DNA of 64,000 nucleotides from a bacterium. Its GTDB lineage: Bacteria > Patescibacteriota > Minisyncoccia > UBA6257 > UBA9933. Each line of letters opens with the position of its first letter. Within the stretch, counting starts at the first letter, position 1. Below the pieces are notes generated by a model that saw nothing but the letters and a program-made list of their open reading frames with translations, did no database searches and was not told the origin of the DNA. The position numbers and the translations under genes were made by a program. Below, in pieces: positions 20,739 to 30,717 of this stretch. The stretch covers positions 29,728 through 93,727 of the forward strand of contig JAJYHZ010000002.1 of the NCBI GenBank assembly GCA_021796335.1, written 5' to 3'.

Positions 20739-22112
20739 ATGATTCTTAAAAAATATTACAGCACAAATCATATTTCTCATTCAAATTCTTTCAAAGAAAT
20801 TCTTATTCAAGGGCAGGCGCCGGACAAAGGTCTTTTTATGCCTACTACAATTCCTCGAATTTCTCCGGAAGCTATAAGCAAATTGCCAGGCATGTCTTAT
20901 CCGGAAATCGCTTTCGTAGTTTTAAATGAATTCTTAAAAGATGAGATTGCCGAAAACGATCTGCGGAATTTACTGGAAGACGCTTACAACTTCGACGTTC
21001 CCCTGGAAAAAATAAGCGGACAAAATTTTATTTTGCGGCTGGACAGGGGGCCGACCGCTTCATTTAAGGATTTTGCGGCAAGAGCGATGGCTCGGCTGAT
21101 TTATTATTTTTACAGAGACCCGGACAAGAATCTGACTATTCTGACCGCAACTTCCGGAGATACGGGCAGCGCGGTTGCCAACGCGTTTTTCAAGTTGGAT
21201 GGAATAAATGTCTTTATTCTTTTCCCGAAAAACGAAGTAAGCGAAAAACAAAGGAAACAAATGACGACTCTAGATCATAATGTTGCGGCAATCGCCATTG
21301 ACGGAAAATTTGACGATTGCCAAGCAATCGTTAAAAGGGCATTCGGAGATCCCGAACTCAGCCATCTGCATTTGACTTCGGCCAATTCGATAAATTTCGG
21401 AAGGCTGCTCGCGCAAACAGTTTACTACTTTTATTCTTATTCGAGGGCGGCGGAAAACGGCGAACAAGTCATATTTTCCGTTCCCTCCGGAAATTTCGGG
21501 GATTTAATGGGCGGACTGCTAGCCAAAAAAATGGGTTTGCCCGTTTATAAGTTTATTGCAGCGACTAATGAAAATGACGAATTTGCGAAATTTTTGGAAA
21601 CCGGCCAATACCAGCCGATTACTCCGTCAAAGAATTGCATTTCGAATGCGATGAATGTCGGCCATCCGAGCAATCTAGCCCGCATAATAGATTTATACGG
21701 AGGTCAAATGGATCCGGACGGAACAATAAACCAAATTCCGGATATGGATTCCATGCGCCGGGATATTTTTGCCATAAGTATTACCGACGACCAGACAAGA
21801 CAAACAATAAAAGATGCCTATGAAAAAAATAGGATTATTCTGGAACCGCACGGGGCCGTAGCTTGGGCAGCGCTGGAAAAATTCAAAGCTCAGGATTCCA
21901 AACCGGCAATCGCGATATCGCTTGAAACGGCCAATCCCGCAAAATTTCCCGATGAAATAGAAGGAATATTGAATATCCATCCTGAAATTCCGGGGGCTTT
22001 AAAAGATCTTGATTCTAAAAAAGAATTCATGCAAAGTTTGCCAGCCAGCTACGACAGCTTCAAGGAATTTTTAGTGCTGAAAGAATGCGGCAAAGGAGTT
22101 TGCATTATCTGA
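20739..22112 (+). CDS. thrC: Threonine synthase
   Basis: YYSTN, GQAPDKGLFMP, GPTASFKD (PLP Lys), ATSGDTG, SANSINFGRL, VPSGNFG; start uncertain (20700-20739). Confidence 0.93.
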   Translation: MILKKYYSTNHISHSNSFKEILIQGQAPDKGLFMPTTIPRISPEAISKLPGMSYPEIAFVVLNEFLKDEIAENDLRNLLEDAYNFDVPLEKISGQNFILRLDRGPTASFKDFAARAMARLIYYFYRDPDKNLTILTATSGDTGSAVANAFFKLDGINVFILFPKNEVSEKQRKQMTTLDHNVAAIAIDGKFDDCQAIVKRAFGDPELSHLHLTSANSINFGRLLAQTVYYFYSYSRAAENGEQVIFSVPSGNFGDLMGGLLAKKMGLPVYKFIAATNENDEFAKFLETGQYQPITPSKNCISNAMNVGHPSNLARIIDLYGGQMDPDGTINQIPDMDSMRRDIFAISITDDQTRQTIKDAYEKNRIILEPHGAVAWAALEKFKAQDSKPAIAISLETANPAKFPDEIEGILNIHPEIPGALKDLDSKKEFMQSLPASYDSFKEFLVLKECGKGVCII

Positions 22113-22132
22113 TAGAAATTATTGACAGCATC

Positions 22133-22168
22133 AAAAAATCCGTTCGCCGCGGCGAACGGATTTTTTTG
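22133..22168. terminator. Bidirectional terminator built on a GTTCGCCGCGGCGAAC palindrome
   Basis: aaaaaatccgttcgccgcggcgaacggatttttttt. Confidence 0.8.
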
Positions 22169-22187
22169 GGCGCGATTGATAAAATTA

Positions 22188-22838
22188 TTACGGATTAAAA
22201 GCTTTTACAGAATACGCGATATCAGAACGATCATTTTTGTTTAAAATGCCGAAAACCGACGCTCTGTATCCGTTCCGCAAACTGGAAAAGGAGGTTGTTG
22301 TCCCGTTTACAGCAATACTTGTATTGGAATAAACAGTAACATTGGCTTGAGCTCCATTTGACAAAATTAGGGTAAAGCCGTTTGAACCTAGATTGGAAAT
22401 AACTCCGGATATCGTAGTTTCCAAAAGAGATAAATCTCTTATTCTTTGAGCGTCGACTGCCAGCGGGTTAGTATTTGAAACGAATCCGTAAAAACGAATG
22501 TCATCTCCCGTTTTAATTTCCGATAAAGCCCCGAACTCTCCCAACTGTCTTACCAGAATCGTTGAACTTGATAGATTTAAACTAATCGGCATTCCCCAGC
22601 TTGTCATGGAAATCGTCGAGCTGCCGATATCTGTCACAACTCCCCTGGCATAGGCAAAACCAGAATTTTGAACATGAAAATTTTGTATTGTCGGAAGAGC
22701 AACTGTTGAACTAATAGGGGTTGAGGTGGCGGCTGGAGGAGTAAAAGGGGTGGGATAATTTTGCGCGAAAACCGCGGGGAGGATTAAAATCGAGAAAGCG
22801 GCAATGATACCTGCGCCATAAGCGATTATTTTTTTCAT
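22188..22838 (-). CDS. Secreted protein with two DUF5666-like OB repeats
   Basis: Signal peptide; two G.(V/I)...S.(I/L)..G..V..G repeats. Confidence 0.6.
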   Translation of the reverse strand: MKKIIAYGAGIIAAFSILILPAVFAQNYPTPFTPPAATSTPISSTVALPTIQNFHVQNSGFAYARGVVTDIGSSTISMTSWGMPISLNLSSSTILVRQLGEFGALSEIKTGDDIRFYGFVSNTNPLAVDAQRIRDLSLLETTISGVISNLGSNGFTLILSNGAQANVTVYSNTSIAVNGTTTSFSSLRNGYRASVFGILNKNDRSDIAYSVKAFNP

Positions 22839-23036
22839 AAATAAGATTTATTTTAAAAAGCCGACCTTTTTTTAATTATACCGCCAATGGGATTTGCCAT
22901 AAATAGGAATAAAGTTTACGAAAAACTAAAAATCCGCCGAAGCGGATTTTTAGGCAAGTAGTAGGCCGGATTCTGTTTCTAAGCGATAATTTATCTGGGT
23001 CCGCCATTACTGGCGGACTCAAGCGGCACCCCCATA

Positions 23037-23158
23037 CGCACCTCACTAAAGTTCGGTGCTCAATTTCCAATCGGCCTAATTTCTAATTTTCTAAAATTTA
23101 GAAAATTAGGTTGATTAGGACCTAGAATAATCCGAGCATCTCGCCTTGGTGAGATGCG
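23037..23158. mobile_element. 122-bp hairpin element, copy 1, in rnpB P15/P16 region
   Basis: cgcacctcactaaag...ccttggtgagatgcg; same as 23412-23533. Confidence 0.8.
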
Positions 23159-23411
23159 ACGGGTACGGCCTTGCACCCAATAAGGATTTAGCCGTTTCAC
23201 CCCTGGCGTTTCCGTCAAGGCTATTCCCGAAGGAATTTCCAATCCTTTCGGATTAGAACGTCTCTGCTCGCACCTCTCACATTGCTGCGGCCGGCTGTTA
23301 GCCAGTATCTTTTTAATCCATTGCCTTTTAGTTAAGAGAAGTTGCTTGGATTTAACCAAACAAATTTCATATAAAAAGCGCTGGAATAAGTGTCCGGACC
23401 TTCCTCTCGCG

Positions 23412-23533
23412 CGCACCTCACTAAAGTTCGGTGCTCAATTTCCAATCGGCCTAATTTCTAATTTTCTAAAATTTAGAAAATTAGGTTGATTAGGACCTAG
23501 AATAATCCGAGCATCTCGCCTTGGTGAGATGCG
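23412..23533. mobile_element. 122-bp hairpin element, copy 2, in rnpB P3
   Basis: Same sequence as 23037-23158. Confidence 0.8.
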
Positions 23534-23584
23534 CCGAGCTATCGCTCCCTTACATCACTAATTTTAAATCAATTCTAATATTTG

Positions 23585-23935
23585 TCAAATAAGATTTTTT
23601 AAAATCAGGTATTCTTTCAGGGCAACGGCATTGTTGAACATCTCATTTTTAGCAGCGTATAACAGGGTTAGCGGCTGCCCTTTATGATTTAAAAGCTGCT
23701 TAATTGCATGTTTATTCCCTTCCAATTCTTTAAAATATTTCTGTTTAAATTCAGCCCATTTTTGGGGATCGTGGTTAAACCATTTGCGAAGCTCATTGCT
23801 GGGACCGACTTCCTTTAACCATAAGTCGATTTGATCATTGTTTTTTTGAAGACCCCTCGGCCACAATCTATCTACCAAGATTCTTATGCCATCCTTTTTT
23901 TGAGGAAGATCATAGACTCGTTTTATTTTGACCAT
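23585..23935 (-). CDS. DUF488 (YeaO-like) protein
   Basis: [33 protein letters not shown]. Confidence 0.9.
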   Translation of the reverse strand: MVKIKRVYDLPQKKDGIRILVDRLWPRGLQKNNDQIDLWLKEVGPSNELRKWFNHDPQKWAEFKQKYFKELEGNKHAIKQLLNHKGQPLTLLYAAKNEMFNNAVALKEYLILKNLI

Positions 23936-23967
23936 CTATATTAGAATTATAGCACGCGGGAAAATTT

Positions 23968-25263
23968 TTATAAAAACAGATAGGCGACGGCCAGAAAAGC
24001 CGTGATTAGAAAAGTTAAGGCTCCCAGAATGTTGATCGCCGGAGAAGAAGTTTTTCCCTTCATAATTTTTTTATTATTGGCGATTTTCATAATAATAAAA
24101 ATCAGGGGCGGAGTAATAATCGTGTAAAGCACGGCCGTATATACCAAAAGCTGTATGGGATCTATTTTGCTGAAGAAATTGACCGCTATGCCAAGAACGG
24201 TGGCAATAATAATAACCAAATAAAATCCTTTGGCTTCCCTGAATTTTTTATTCAGGCCTTCCTGCCAATCAAAAATTTCGGAAAGAATATATCCGACGCT
24301 TCCGGCTAAAACCGGAATTGCCAAAAATCCCACTCCAATGAGGCCCAAACCAAAAGCTAAAAAGGCAAAATTTCCCAATATCGGCTTCAAAACGGCGGCA
24401 GCTTGGTCAAAAGTCGCAATTTCTTTAACTCCATAATTGGCCAAATTGCTCGCGCCGGCGATAATAAACCACATTACGACATTGGAAATTATCATTCCGA
24501 AAAAGGTATCCTCCCTCAAAATTTTTAATTCGTTTCTCGTGACTAAAAATTTTTTTAACGATTTTCTGACTTTTGCATCATCCCTTTCTTCAACTTCTTC
24601 GCTCGCCTGCCAGAAAAAAAGATAGGGGGAGATGGTAGTCCCTATAATGGCGGTAATCAACAAAATATTTTCTTTGCTGAATGAAAAACTCGGAATAAAA
24701 GTGGCTTTCAAAGCCATAAGCCAATTTATTTTAATGTAAAAGACTGTTACAACATAAAAGATCATCGCGAAAGACAGCCATTTCAGAACCCGGGCGAATT
24801 TTTGATAAGAAAAAAATACCATCAACATTATAATCAGTATGCTGATTGCTGGTATCCAGATGAACCGGCTGAATCCCAGTAATTTTTCAAAAATAACGCC
24901 GCTTGCCAATAAATCTGCCGCAATATTTACGGTAATCACAAATGCGGAAATAAAAGAAATAAAATATAAAATATATTTTGAATAGTGTTCTTTTATGACT
25001 TTAACCAATCCTTTATCGGTAACATAACCGATGCGACCGGACATTTCCTGAATCGAATACATCAAAGGCAAAGTTAAAAGAGCCGTCCAAAGAGTTTTGA
25101 ATCCGAAAACAGTTCCGGATTGCAAATAAGTCAGAACTCCCGATGAGTCGTCATCGGATACGCCGGTAATAAGTCCGGGGCCAAAAGCGCTAAATATCCT
25201 TTTTATCTTTTTCTTTAAGGACGAACGATGAATTAAAAAAACAGATTTTTCCGCAGTGTTCAT
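23968..25263 (-). CDS. NRAMP-family divalent metal transporter
   Basis: GPGLITGVSDDDSSG, GTTISPYLFFWQ; many TMs. Confidence 0.88.
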   Translation of the reverse strand: MNTAEKSVFLIHRSSLKKKIKRIFSAFGPGLITGVSDDDSSGVLTYLQSGTVFGFKTLWTALLTLPLMYSIQEMSGRIGYVTDKGLVKVIKEHYSKYILYFISFISAFVITVNIAADLLASGVIFEKLLGFSRFIWIPAISILIIMLMVFFSYQKFARVLKWLSFAMIFYVVTVFYIKINWLMALKATFIPSFSFSKENILLITAIIGTTISPYLFFWQASEEVEERDDAKVRKSLKKFLVTRNELKILREDTFFGMIISNVVMWFIIAGASNLANYGVKEIATFDQAAAVLKPILGNFAFLAFGLGLIGVGFLAIPVLAGSVGYILSEIFDWQEGLNKKFREAKGFYLVIIIATVLGIAVNFFSKIDPIQLLVYTAVLYTIITPPLIFIIMKIANNKKIMKGKTSSPAINILGALTFLITAFLAVAYLFL

Positions 25264-25272
25264 TTTAAAAAA

Positions 25273-25704
25273 TCAGAACAGTTTGTTTTCTTTTCGTTTT
25301 TGAGAATCCAATTCTCTATTAACCAAAGCGTCGGCTTTTTTGTTTTCTTCGCGGGGAATATGATAGAAAAAAACTTTTTTGAAATCCTGTTTTGAATTCC
25401 AGATTTCAACAAATAACGGAACCAATCTTCCCTCTTTTAATTTATATTGCCCCATCAGCTGCTTGACAACTAATTCGCTATCAGCTTTTATCTCAATCTC
25501 AATATTTTTAACCTCGTCTTTTCCCATCAGCTGCTTTATTTTTTTCAGGGCAAAAATAATAGCCTGATATTCGGCTTCGTTATTTGTAGTAATTCCCAAG
25601 TACTGGGAATATTCTTTGTTGAGCTGCTGAATAAAAACTCCCAAGGCCGCAGGACCAGGATTTCCTCGGCTTCCGCCATCGCAAAAAACTGTTAATTTAT
25701 TCAT
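25273..25704 (-). CDS. rnhA: Ribonuclease HI
   Basis: DGGSRGNPGPA, TNNEAEY, DSELVVKQ, IPREENKKAD. Confidence 0.93.
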   Translation of the reverse strand: MNKLTVFCDGGSRGNPGPAALGVFIQQLNKEYSQYLGITTNNEAEYQAIIFALKKIKQLMGKDEVKNIEIEIKADSELVVKQLMGQYKLKEGRLVPLFVEIWNSKQDFKKVFFYHIPREENKKADALVNRELDSQKRKENKLF

Positions 25705-25876
25705 TGATATTTATTTTATCCCACATAATTATAAAAATCACGTGGATGAATTGAGATTGAATATGTTTGTCTTTGTTCCATATCAATATATTCTTTTCCA
25801 AACAGTAGCACTTTTACATGGAGAAACAAATAAAATTGGGGATGCTTTATAGAAAATAGTAAATTTTATGGAGAAT

Positions 25877-26725
25877 TTAATGGGATTTGCCGTTTTTTCT
25901 TGTCCACGGGAAATTCATCTCCGCATCAAACATAAATCCGGCCGCTTGTTTGTGGCCGCCTCCCGCTTCAAATTTCTGCGCCAATTTCGAGACATCGGGA
26001 TCGCCGCTCGATCGCAAGGAGACTCTGAAGCGGTTTTCCGTAAAACGCCAAATAATGGCAACACCTCCGCGGGTTTCATGCAAATAATTCCCAATTTCCG
26101 ATTCCAGGATCGGAGAGTTGACCGCAAACGCCCTGTTTCCGAAAAAATCCACTTCTTCGGCTTGAGCGGCGATAATTTTTACCCAGTTTTCCTTGTATCT
26201 TAAAATCGCCCTGCCTTCTTTTACGAAAGATTGAAGTTTACTATTATTTTCAAAATCAGCGAATAATTTATCGAAAATTTTGAAATCAAAAACAAACGAA
26301 TCAAGGAAGGCAAAAACGGCTTTGGAATTAGGAAGCTTAAACCTAAAATAATCCATATCCTCAATGTATTTTAAAATTCTAGGCACCGGTTTTTTGGGAT
26401 TGAAATATTTCCAGGCAAGAACGGAGGCTGAGTTATTTTCGCCGTAAATATGCTCCGTGGAAATTTTTATAGTTTCTTTTTCACTGACATGATGATCAAT
26501 CACAACCAGTTTCTTATTTCTGGAGAGCAGATTTTCCATAATCGGCTTTTCATAGCAAAAATCAAAAAGGTAAATCTCCCGTTCTACCAAACCTTCTGGA
26601 AGAGGGGTATGACTATTGTGAGTAACGCCGATATATTCGGCTTTGTTTCTAAATTTTCTTCGGGCGGAAAGCGCTGAACAAAATCCGTCCAAATCATCAT
26701 GATAAATAACTACTATGTTTTTCAT
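25877..26725 (-). CDS. DHH/DHHA1 phosphoesterase
   Basis: YHDDLDG, IDHH, SLRS, GGGHKQAAGF. Confidence 0.9.
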   Translation of the reverse strand: MKNIVVIYHDDLDGFCSALSARRKFRNKAEYIGVTHNSHTPLPEGLVEREIYLFDFCYEKPIMENLLSRNKKLVVIDHHVSEKETIKISTEHIYGENNSASVLAWKYFNPKKPVPRILKYIEDMDYFRFKLPNSKAVFAFLDSFVFDFKIFDKLFADFENNSKLQSFVKEGRAILRYKENWVKIIAAQAEEVDFFGNRAFAVNSPILESEIGNYLHETRGGVAIIWRFTENRFRVSLRSSGDPDVSKLAQKFEAGGGHKQAAGFMFDAEMNFPWTRKNGKSH

Positions 26726-26815
26726 AAAGATAAAATTAATCAGTTAACGAGTTTGCGCGTTAACGAGTTCTAATTCAACCCATTAACGCGTTAACACGCT
26801 AATAATTAAATTTAA

Positions 26816-27934
26816 TTACTTTAGAGCAGTGATTCCGGGTAATTTTTCCCCCGCTAAATACTTTAACATGGCTCCCCCTCCAGTGGAAAGGAAGACGTTA
26901 TTGGAAACTTTTTTGTTTTTAAAAAGAGCTGCAGTTTCACCTCCGCCGATTGCGGCAAAAGCTTTACTTTGTCCAATAGCTTTTATAATTCCTTCGGATC
27001 CTTTTTTAAATTTGATATTTTCAGCCATGCCCATAGGTCCGTTCCAAATAATTGTTTTAGCAGTTTTTAAAATTCGCGAGTATTTTTTAATGGATTCCGG
27101 ACCGATATCTAAAATTTTTCTATCGCTGACAGCATAGTCATCCGGCAAAATTATTTTCTTTGACTTTGAAATTTGTTCAGCGAAATTAACCGCATCTTTT
27201 TCCCAGATTGAATTCCCTATCGGCAAACCTTGAGCTTTCAAAAAATTATTGGCAATCCCTCCGCCAACTAAAAAGTGATCCGCTTTTTTTAAAAAATTTT
27301 TAATCAAGCTTATTTTGTCGGAAATCTTTGCGCCGCCCATGACAACTACTAAAGGATGTTCCGGGTTCTTTAAAACTTTATCCAGATTTTCGATTTCTTT
27401 TTCCAGAAGCAGCCCGGCGTAGGACGGCAAAAATCTTGTAATTGCACAAACAGAAGCCGCTTGGCGATGGCTTACCGCAAAAGCGTCGTTTACATAAACA
27501 TCGCCGATAGAAGCAAGCTGTTTTGCAAAATTTTTATTATTTTCTTCTTCGACCTTTTGAAATCTTAAATTTTCCAGAAGAAAAATTCTGTTTTTTGATT
27601 TTCTAATTCTTCCTCGTATACTATCACGCGTGATAGTAGATAAATCGATAAATTCAATTTTGGTTTTTAAAAGGTTTTCAAAAATTTTTACAAAAGGCTT
27701 TAAAGAGAAGCTCGCAGTTCGCGGTTTATGGCTTATATTTTTTTTCGGGCGCCCTCTGTGAGACAATAAAACAATTTTCGCGTTATTTTTTGAAAGAAAT
27801 TTTATGGTCGGCAAAATCGCCTGAACGCGCAGATTTTCTTTTTCCAATTCGTCATCTTTAATATTCAAATCAACCCGCAATAAGCATATTTTTCCGGATA
27901 AATCTTTTTTTGAAAGCGCAGACAACAATTTCAT
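26816..27934 (-). CDS. pgk: Phosphoglycerate kinase
   Basis: RVDLN, SHRGRP, LENLRF, NDAFAVSHR, GGAKISDK, STGGGA. Confidence 0.95.
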   Translation of the reverse strand: MKLLSALSKKDLSGKICLLRVDLNIKDDELEKENLRVQAILPTIKFLSKNNAKIVLLSHRGRPKKNISHKPRTASFSLKPFVKIFENLLKTKIEFIDLSTITRDSIRGRIRKSKNRIFLLENLRFQKVEEENNKNFAKQLASIGDVYVNDAFAVSHRQAASVCAITRFLPSYAGLLLEKEIENLDKVLKNPEHPLVVVMGGAKISDKISLIKNFLKKADHFLVGGGIANNFLKAQGLPIGNSIWEKDAVNFAEQISKSKKIILPDDYAVSDRKILDIGPESIKKYSRILKTAKTIIWNGPMGMAENIKFKKGSEGIIKAIGQSKAFAAIGGGETAALFKNKKVSNNVFLSTGGGAMLKYLAGEKLPGITALK

Positions 27935-28004
27935 TTAAATCATTGTACCCTAAAATTTAAGCAAAAAAAATCGGGGAACCGAAGCTCCCCTTTTAATAAT
28001 TGCT

Positions 28005-28595
28005 TTATGTTTTTGCCAGGTCGTAAACCTGGCGACCCACCTCGGCATTCCAGGTGTGGCCCACATTTTTTAATGTGGTTACCTGAATGCCATGTTCTTC
28101 CGCGAAGGCGGCCGTGTACTTGCCGCCGAAATAATCATCGTTTCCCCCGATGATTATTTTTACGTTCTCCGGGGGGACCTGAGTTAGAATCTTTTTCAGG
28201 TCCGTTTTATACAATTCCCGCGCTTTAAAGATGTTAATAAAAAATCTTTTAAACAACGGGAACCCATCGAACGTGAAGATTCGATGCAGAAGGGAGTTGT
28301 TTTTCCACTCCCCCATACAATATTTGAACCAGGTAATAAACCCTTTGCGCCAGAACGGCAAAGGTCCGATTACTGGATCCACCAGAATCAGCTTGGCATG
28401 GCGATTGTTTTGCCATGCCTGCAGAGCCCAACTGGCCCCCAGACTGTACCCGACAAGAACCGCGTTCTTGCCGATTTTGATATTCGAGGGATTGATGTCT
28501 TTTGCCCAGACATCATAGCCCTCGAAAAACCTAAAAAGGCTTTTATAGAATGATAATTTACTAAAAAACCCCGGGAAAAAATAAATGAAGAGCAT
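28005..28595 (-). CDS. Alpha/beta hydrolase
   Basis: GYSLG nucleophile elbow, GNDD, GH; SD AGGAGG. Confidence 0.75.
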   Translation of the reverse strand: MLFIYFFPGFFSKLSFYKSLFRFFEGYDVWAKDINPSNIKIGKNAVLVGYSLGASWALQAWQNNRHAKLILVDPVIGPLPFWRKGFITWFKYCMGEWKNNSLLHRIFTFDGFPLFKRFFINIFKARELYKTDLKKILTQVPPENVKIIIGGNDDYFGGKYTAAFAEEHGIQVTTLKNVGHTWNAEVGRQVYDLAKT

Positions 28596-28759
28596 TTGTT
28601 ATTGCTCCTCCTTTCTTTTTTATAAAATTTTTAAAAGGTCAGAAATGACCTTGATTACTTTAATTATAATAACTTATTTTATAAAAATGTCAATACAACA
28701 TGTGCATTTAAAAAACCTGGCTCTAATGTCTCTTGGAAAGAAAATGCGGATAACGGATT

Positions 28760-28785
28760 CAATATTTTACGATCGTAAAATATTG
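28760..28785. repeat. CGATCG-core palindrome
   Basis: caatatttta-cgatcg-taaaatattg just past polX stop. Confidence 0.85.
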
Positions 28786-28801
28786 GATTTTGGAAAAGAC
28801 T

Positions 28802-30544
28802 TTATTGTTTGAGAAATTTTAATAATTTTCCAAGCGGATGCGCATTTATTATGTCGTTTTTAATGGCCCAACCGCGGCGAGCCTGGGCAATTCCCCATTT
28901 CAAATAATGCATATGTGGAATAGCATGGGCATCGGAATCAATCGCAAGCTTAACGCCGGCGTCGACGCATTTTTTAATGTGCTCATCTTTTAAATCCAGA
29001 CGATCGGGATAGGCGTCGATTTCCAAAACAGTTTTAGTCCGCTTGGCAGTTTTTATAATTTCATCAATATCCAAATCATAGGCTTTGCGGCGGTTAATAA
29101 TCCGGCCGGTCGGGTGGAAAATAATATCAACATTTTTATTTTCCATCGCTTTAATCAGGCGCTTGGTCTGCTCTTCGCGGGACAAATTGAAATAAGAATG
29201 GACGGAGGCGCCGACGATATCCAGCTTTTTCAAAACCTCGTCTTTTATATCAAGCGTGCCGTCTTTTAAAATATCGACTTCGCTGCCTTTCAGAATTCTG
29301 AAATTTTTATTTTTAAATTTTTCATTGGCCTTATCAATCGCCTTAATCTGTTTCAGCAGCCCTTTTTCATCCAAGCCGCCGGTCATTGCCAATCTTTTCG
29401 TATGGTCTGTGATAAGAATGTATTCCAATCCTAATTTTATAGCTTCTTTTGCGTATTCTTCTATGGTATTGGAGCCATCAGTCCAGTTTGTTTGGATTTG
29501 CAAATCACCTTTTAAATCGCCATATCCGATCAATTTCGGCAATTTGTTCCGCAAGGCCAATTCGATTTCCCCCTGGTTTTCGCGCATTTCCGGTTCGATA
29601 TATTGCATATCTAATTTTTCAAAAACTTCTTCTTCGGTTTTCCCGGCGATTCTTTTTTCTTTTTTATTTCTTATCTCTTTGAATAATCCGTATTCGTTCA
29701 ATTTTTCTCCTTTTTTAACGGCGATTTTTCTCAGCTCGATATTGAATTCTTTGGAACCGGTAAAATATAGAAGGGCGGCGCCGAAAGATTCTTCGGGCAG
29801 AATTCTTAAATCCATGTCCATGCCGTTTTTATGGCGAATATTGGATTTGTTTTCACCATGGTCATATACTCTGACAACGCCGGGCATACCGACGAAGTAA
29901 TTCATAATCGGTTTCGGGCTATCGGACTGAACCAGAATATCTATATCGCCAATTGTTTCTTTTTTTCTTCTGGCCGAACCGACGACTTTTATTTTTTGAA
30001 CCTCTTTCAGACTTTTAATCCCTTCGATAACTTCCGAAATTTCGGTCATGGCATAACCTAAAATAAACCGCGAACCGGATTGTTTCGCAAATTCGATTCC
30101 TTTTAAAATATTTTCTTCGGCTTTCTTACCAAAGCCATCAAGCTCGCGGATTTTTCCGGCTTCGGCCGCTTTTTCCAGATCATCGAGATTTTTGATTCCG
30201 ATTTCCTTATATAACTTTCTGATCCCTTTCGGACCAAGCCCTTCTATTTTTTCCAGACCTTTCAGATCAATGGGAGTGCGTTTTTTAAGTTCCTCGTAAT
30301 ATTTCAAACGGCCGGTTTTAACAATTTCTTCGATTTTTTCGGCAATTGACTCGCCGACATTGGGAATGTTTTTTAATCCTTTAAGGCCTTCTTTTTTATA
30401 AATGTCGTAAACGCTTTCATCTAAAGATTCGACAGCCGAAGCGACTTTTTCATAAGCGCGGGGTTTGAACTGAATATTTTCCATTGCCAAAAATTCCGCA
30501 ATTTCGTAAAAAATTCCGGCAATTTCCTGGTTAGATAATTTCAT
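28802..30544 (-). CDS. polX: DNA polymerase X / PHP 3'-5' exonuclease
   Basis: GSARRKKETIGDIDIL, YFTGSK, PHP motifs TDHT and DSDAH; start MKLSNQEIA. Confidence 0.93.
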   Translation of the reverse strand: MKLSNQEIAGIFYEIAEFLAMENIQFKPRAYEKVASAVESLDESVYDIYKKEGLKGLKNIPNVGESIAEKIEEIVKTGRLKYYEELKKRTPIDLKGLEKIEGLGPKGIRKLYKEIGIKNLDDLEKAAEAGKIRELDGFGKKAEENILKGIEFAKQSGSRFILGYAMTEISEVIEGIKSLKEVQKIKVVGSARRKKETIGDIDILVQSDSPKPIMNYFVGMPGVVRVYDHGENKSNIRHKNGMDMDLRILPEESFGAALLYFTGSKEFNIELRKIAVKKGEKLNEYGLFKEIRNKKEKRIAGKTEEEVFEKLDMQYIEPEMRENQGEIELALRNKLPKLIGYGDLKGDLQIQTNWTDGSNTIEEYAKEAIKLGLEYILITDHTKRLAMTGGLDEKGLLKQIKAIDKANEKFKNKNFRILKGSEVDILKDGTLDIKDEVLKKLDIVGASVHSYFNLSREEQTKRLIKAMENKNVDIIFHPTGRIINRRKAYDLDIDEIIKTAKRTKTVLEIDAYPDRLDLKDEHIKKCVDAGVKLAIDSDAHAIPHMHYLKWGIAQARRGWAIKNDIINAHPLGKLLKFLKQ

Positions 30545-30666
30545 CCCGCGCATAACTTCCCTTTCGAATTAGATAAGTTTTTTATTTAATTCAATTGCGG
30601 AGTTAAATCTATCTTTAGTTAGATCTCCCACTTTATAAATTCCTTACGGGAAGTTATGCGCGGGAT
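30543..30666. mobile_element. MITE-like element with perfect 19-bp terminal inverted repeats
   Basis: atcccgcgcataacttccc...gggaagttatgcgcgggat. Confidence 0.75.
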
Positions 30667-30717
30667 TCATTATTTAAATTATAGCATTTTAGCAGTTTTT
30701 GGGATTTACCCCGCAAC

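Larger units (their letters stand above)
22954..23553 (-). ncRNA. rnpB: RNase P RNA, ~600 nt, enlarged by two 122-nt insertions
   Basis: GAGGAAGGTCCGGAC (revcomp ~23393-23407), GGGTGAAACGG, GGGTGCAAGGCC, ACAGAATCCGGCCTAC; terminator 22929-22951. Confidence 0.93.

Noticed and set aside
23060-23416. 118-aa ORF, and the 64-aa ORF 22876-23070
   Set aside because: Both overlap RNase P RNA; their shared peptide text comes from the inserted repeat
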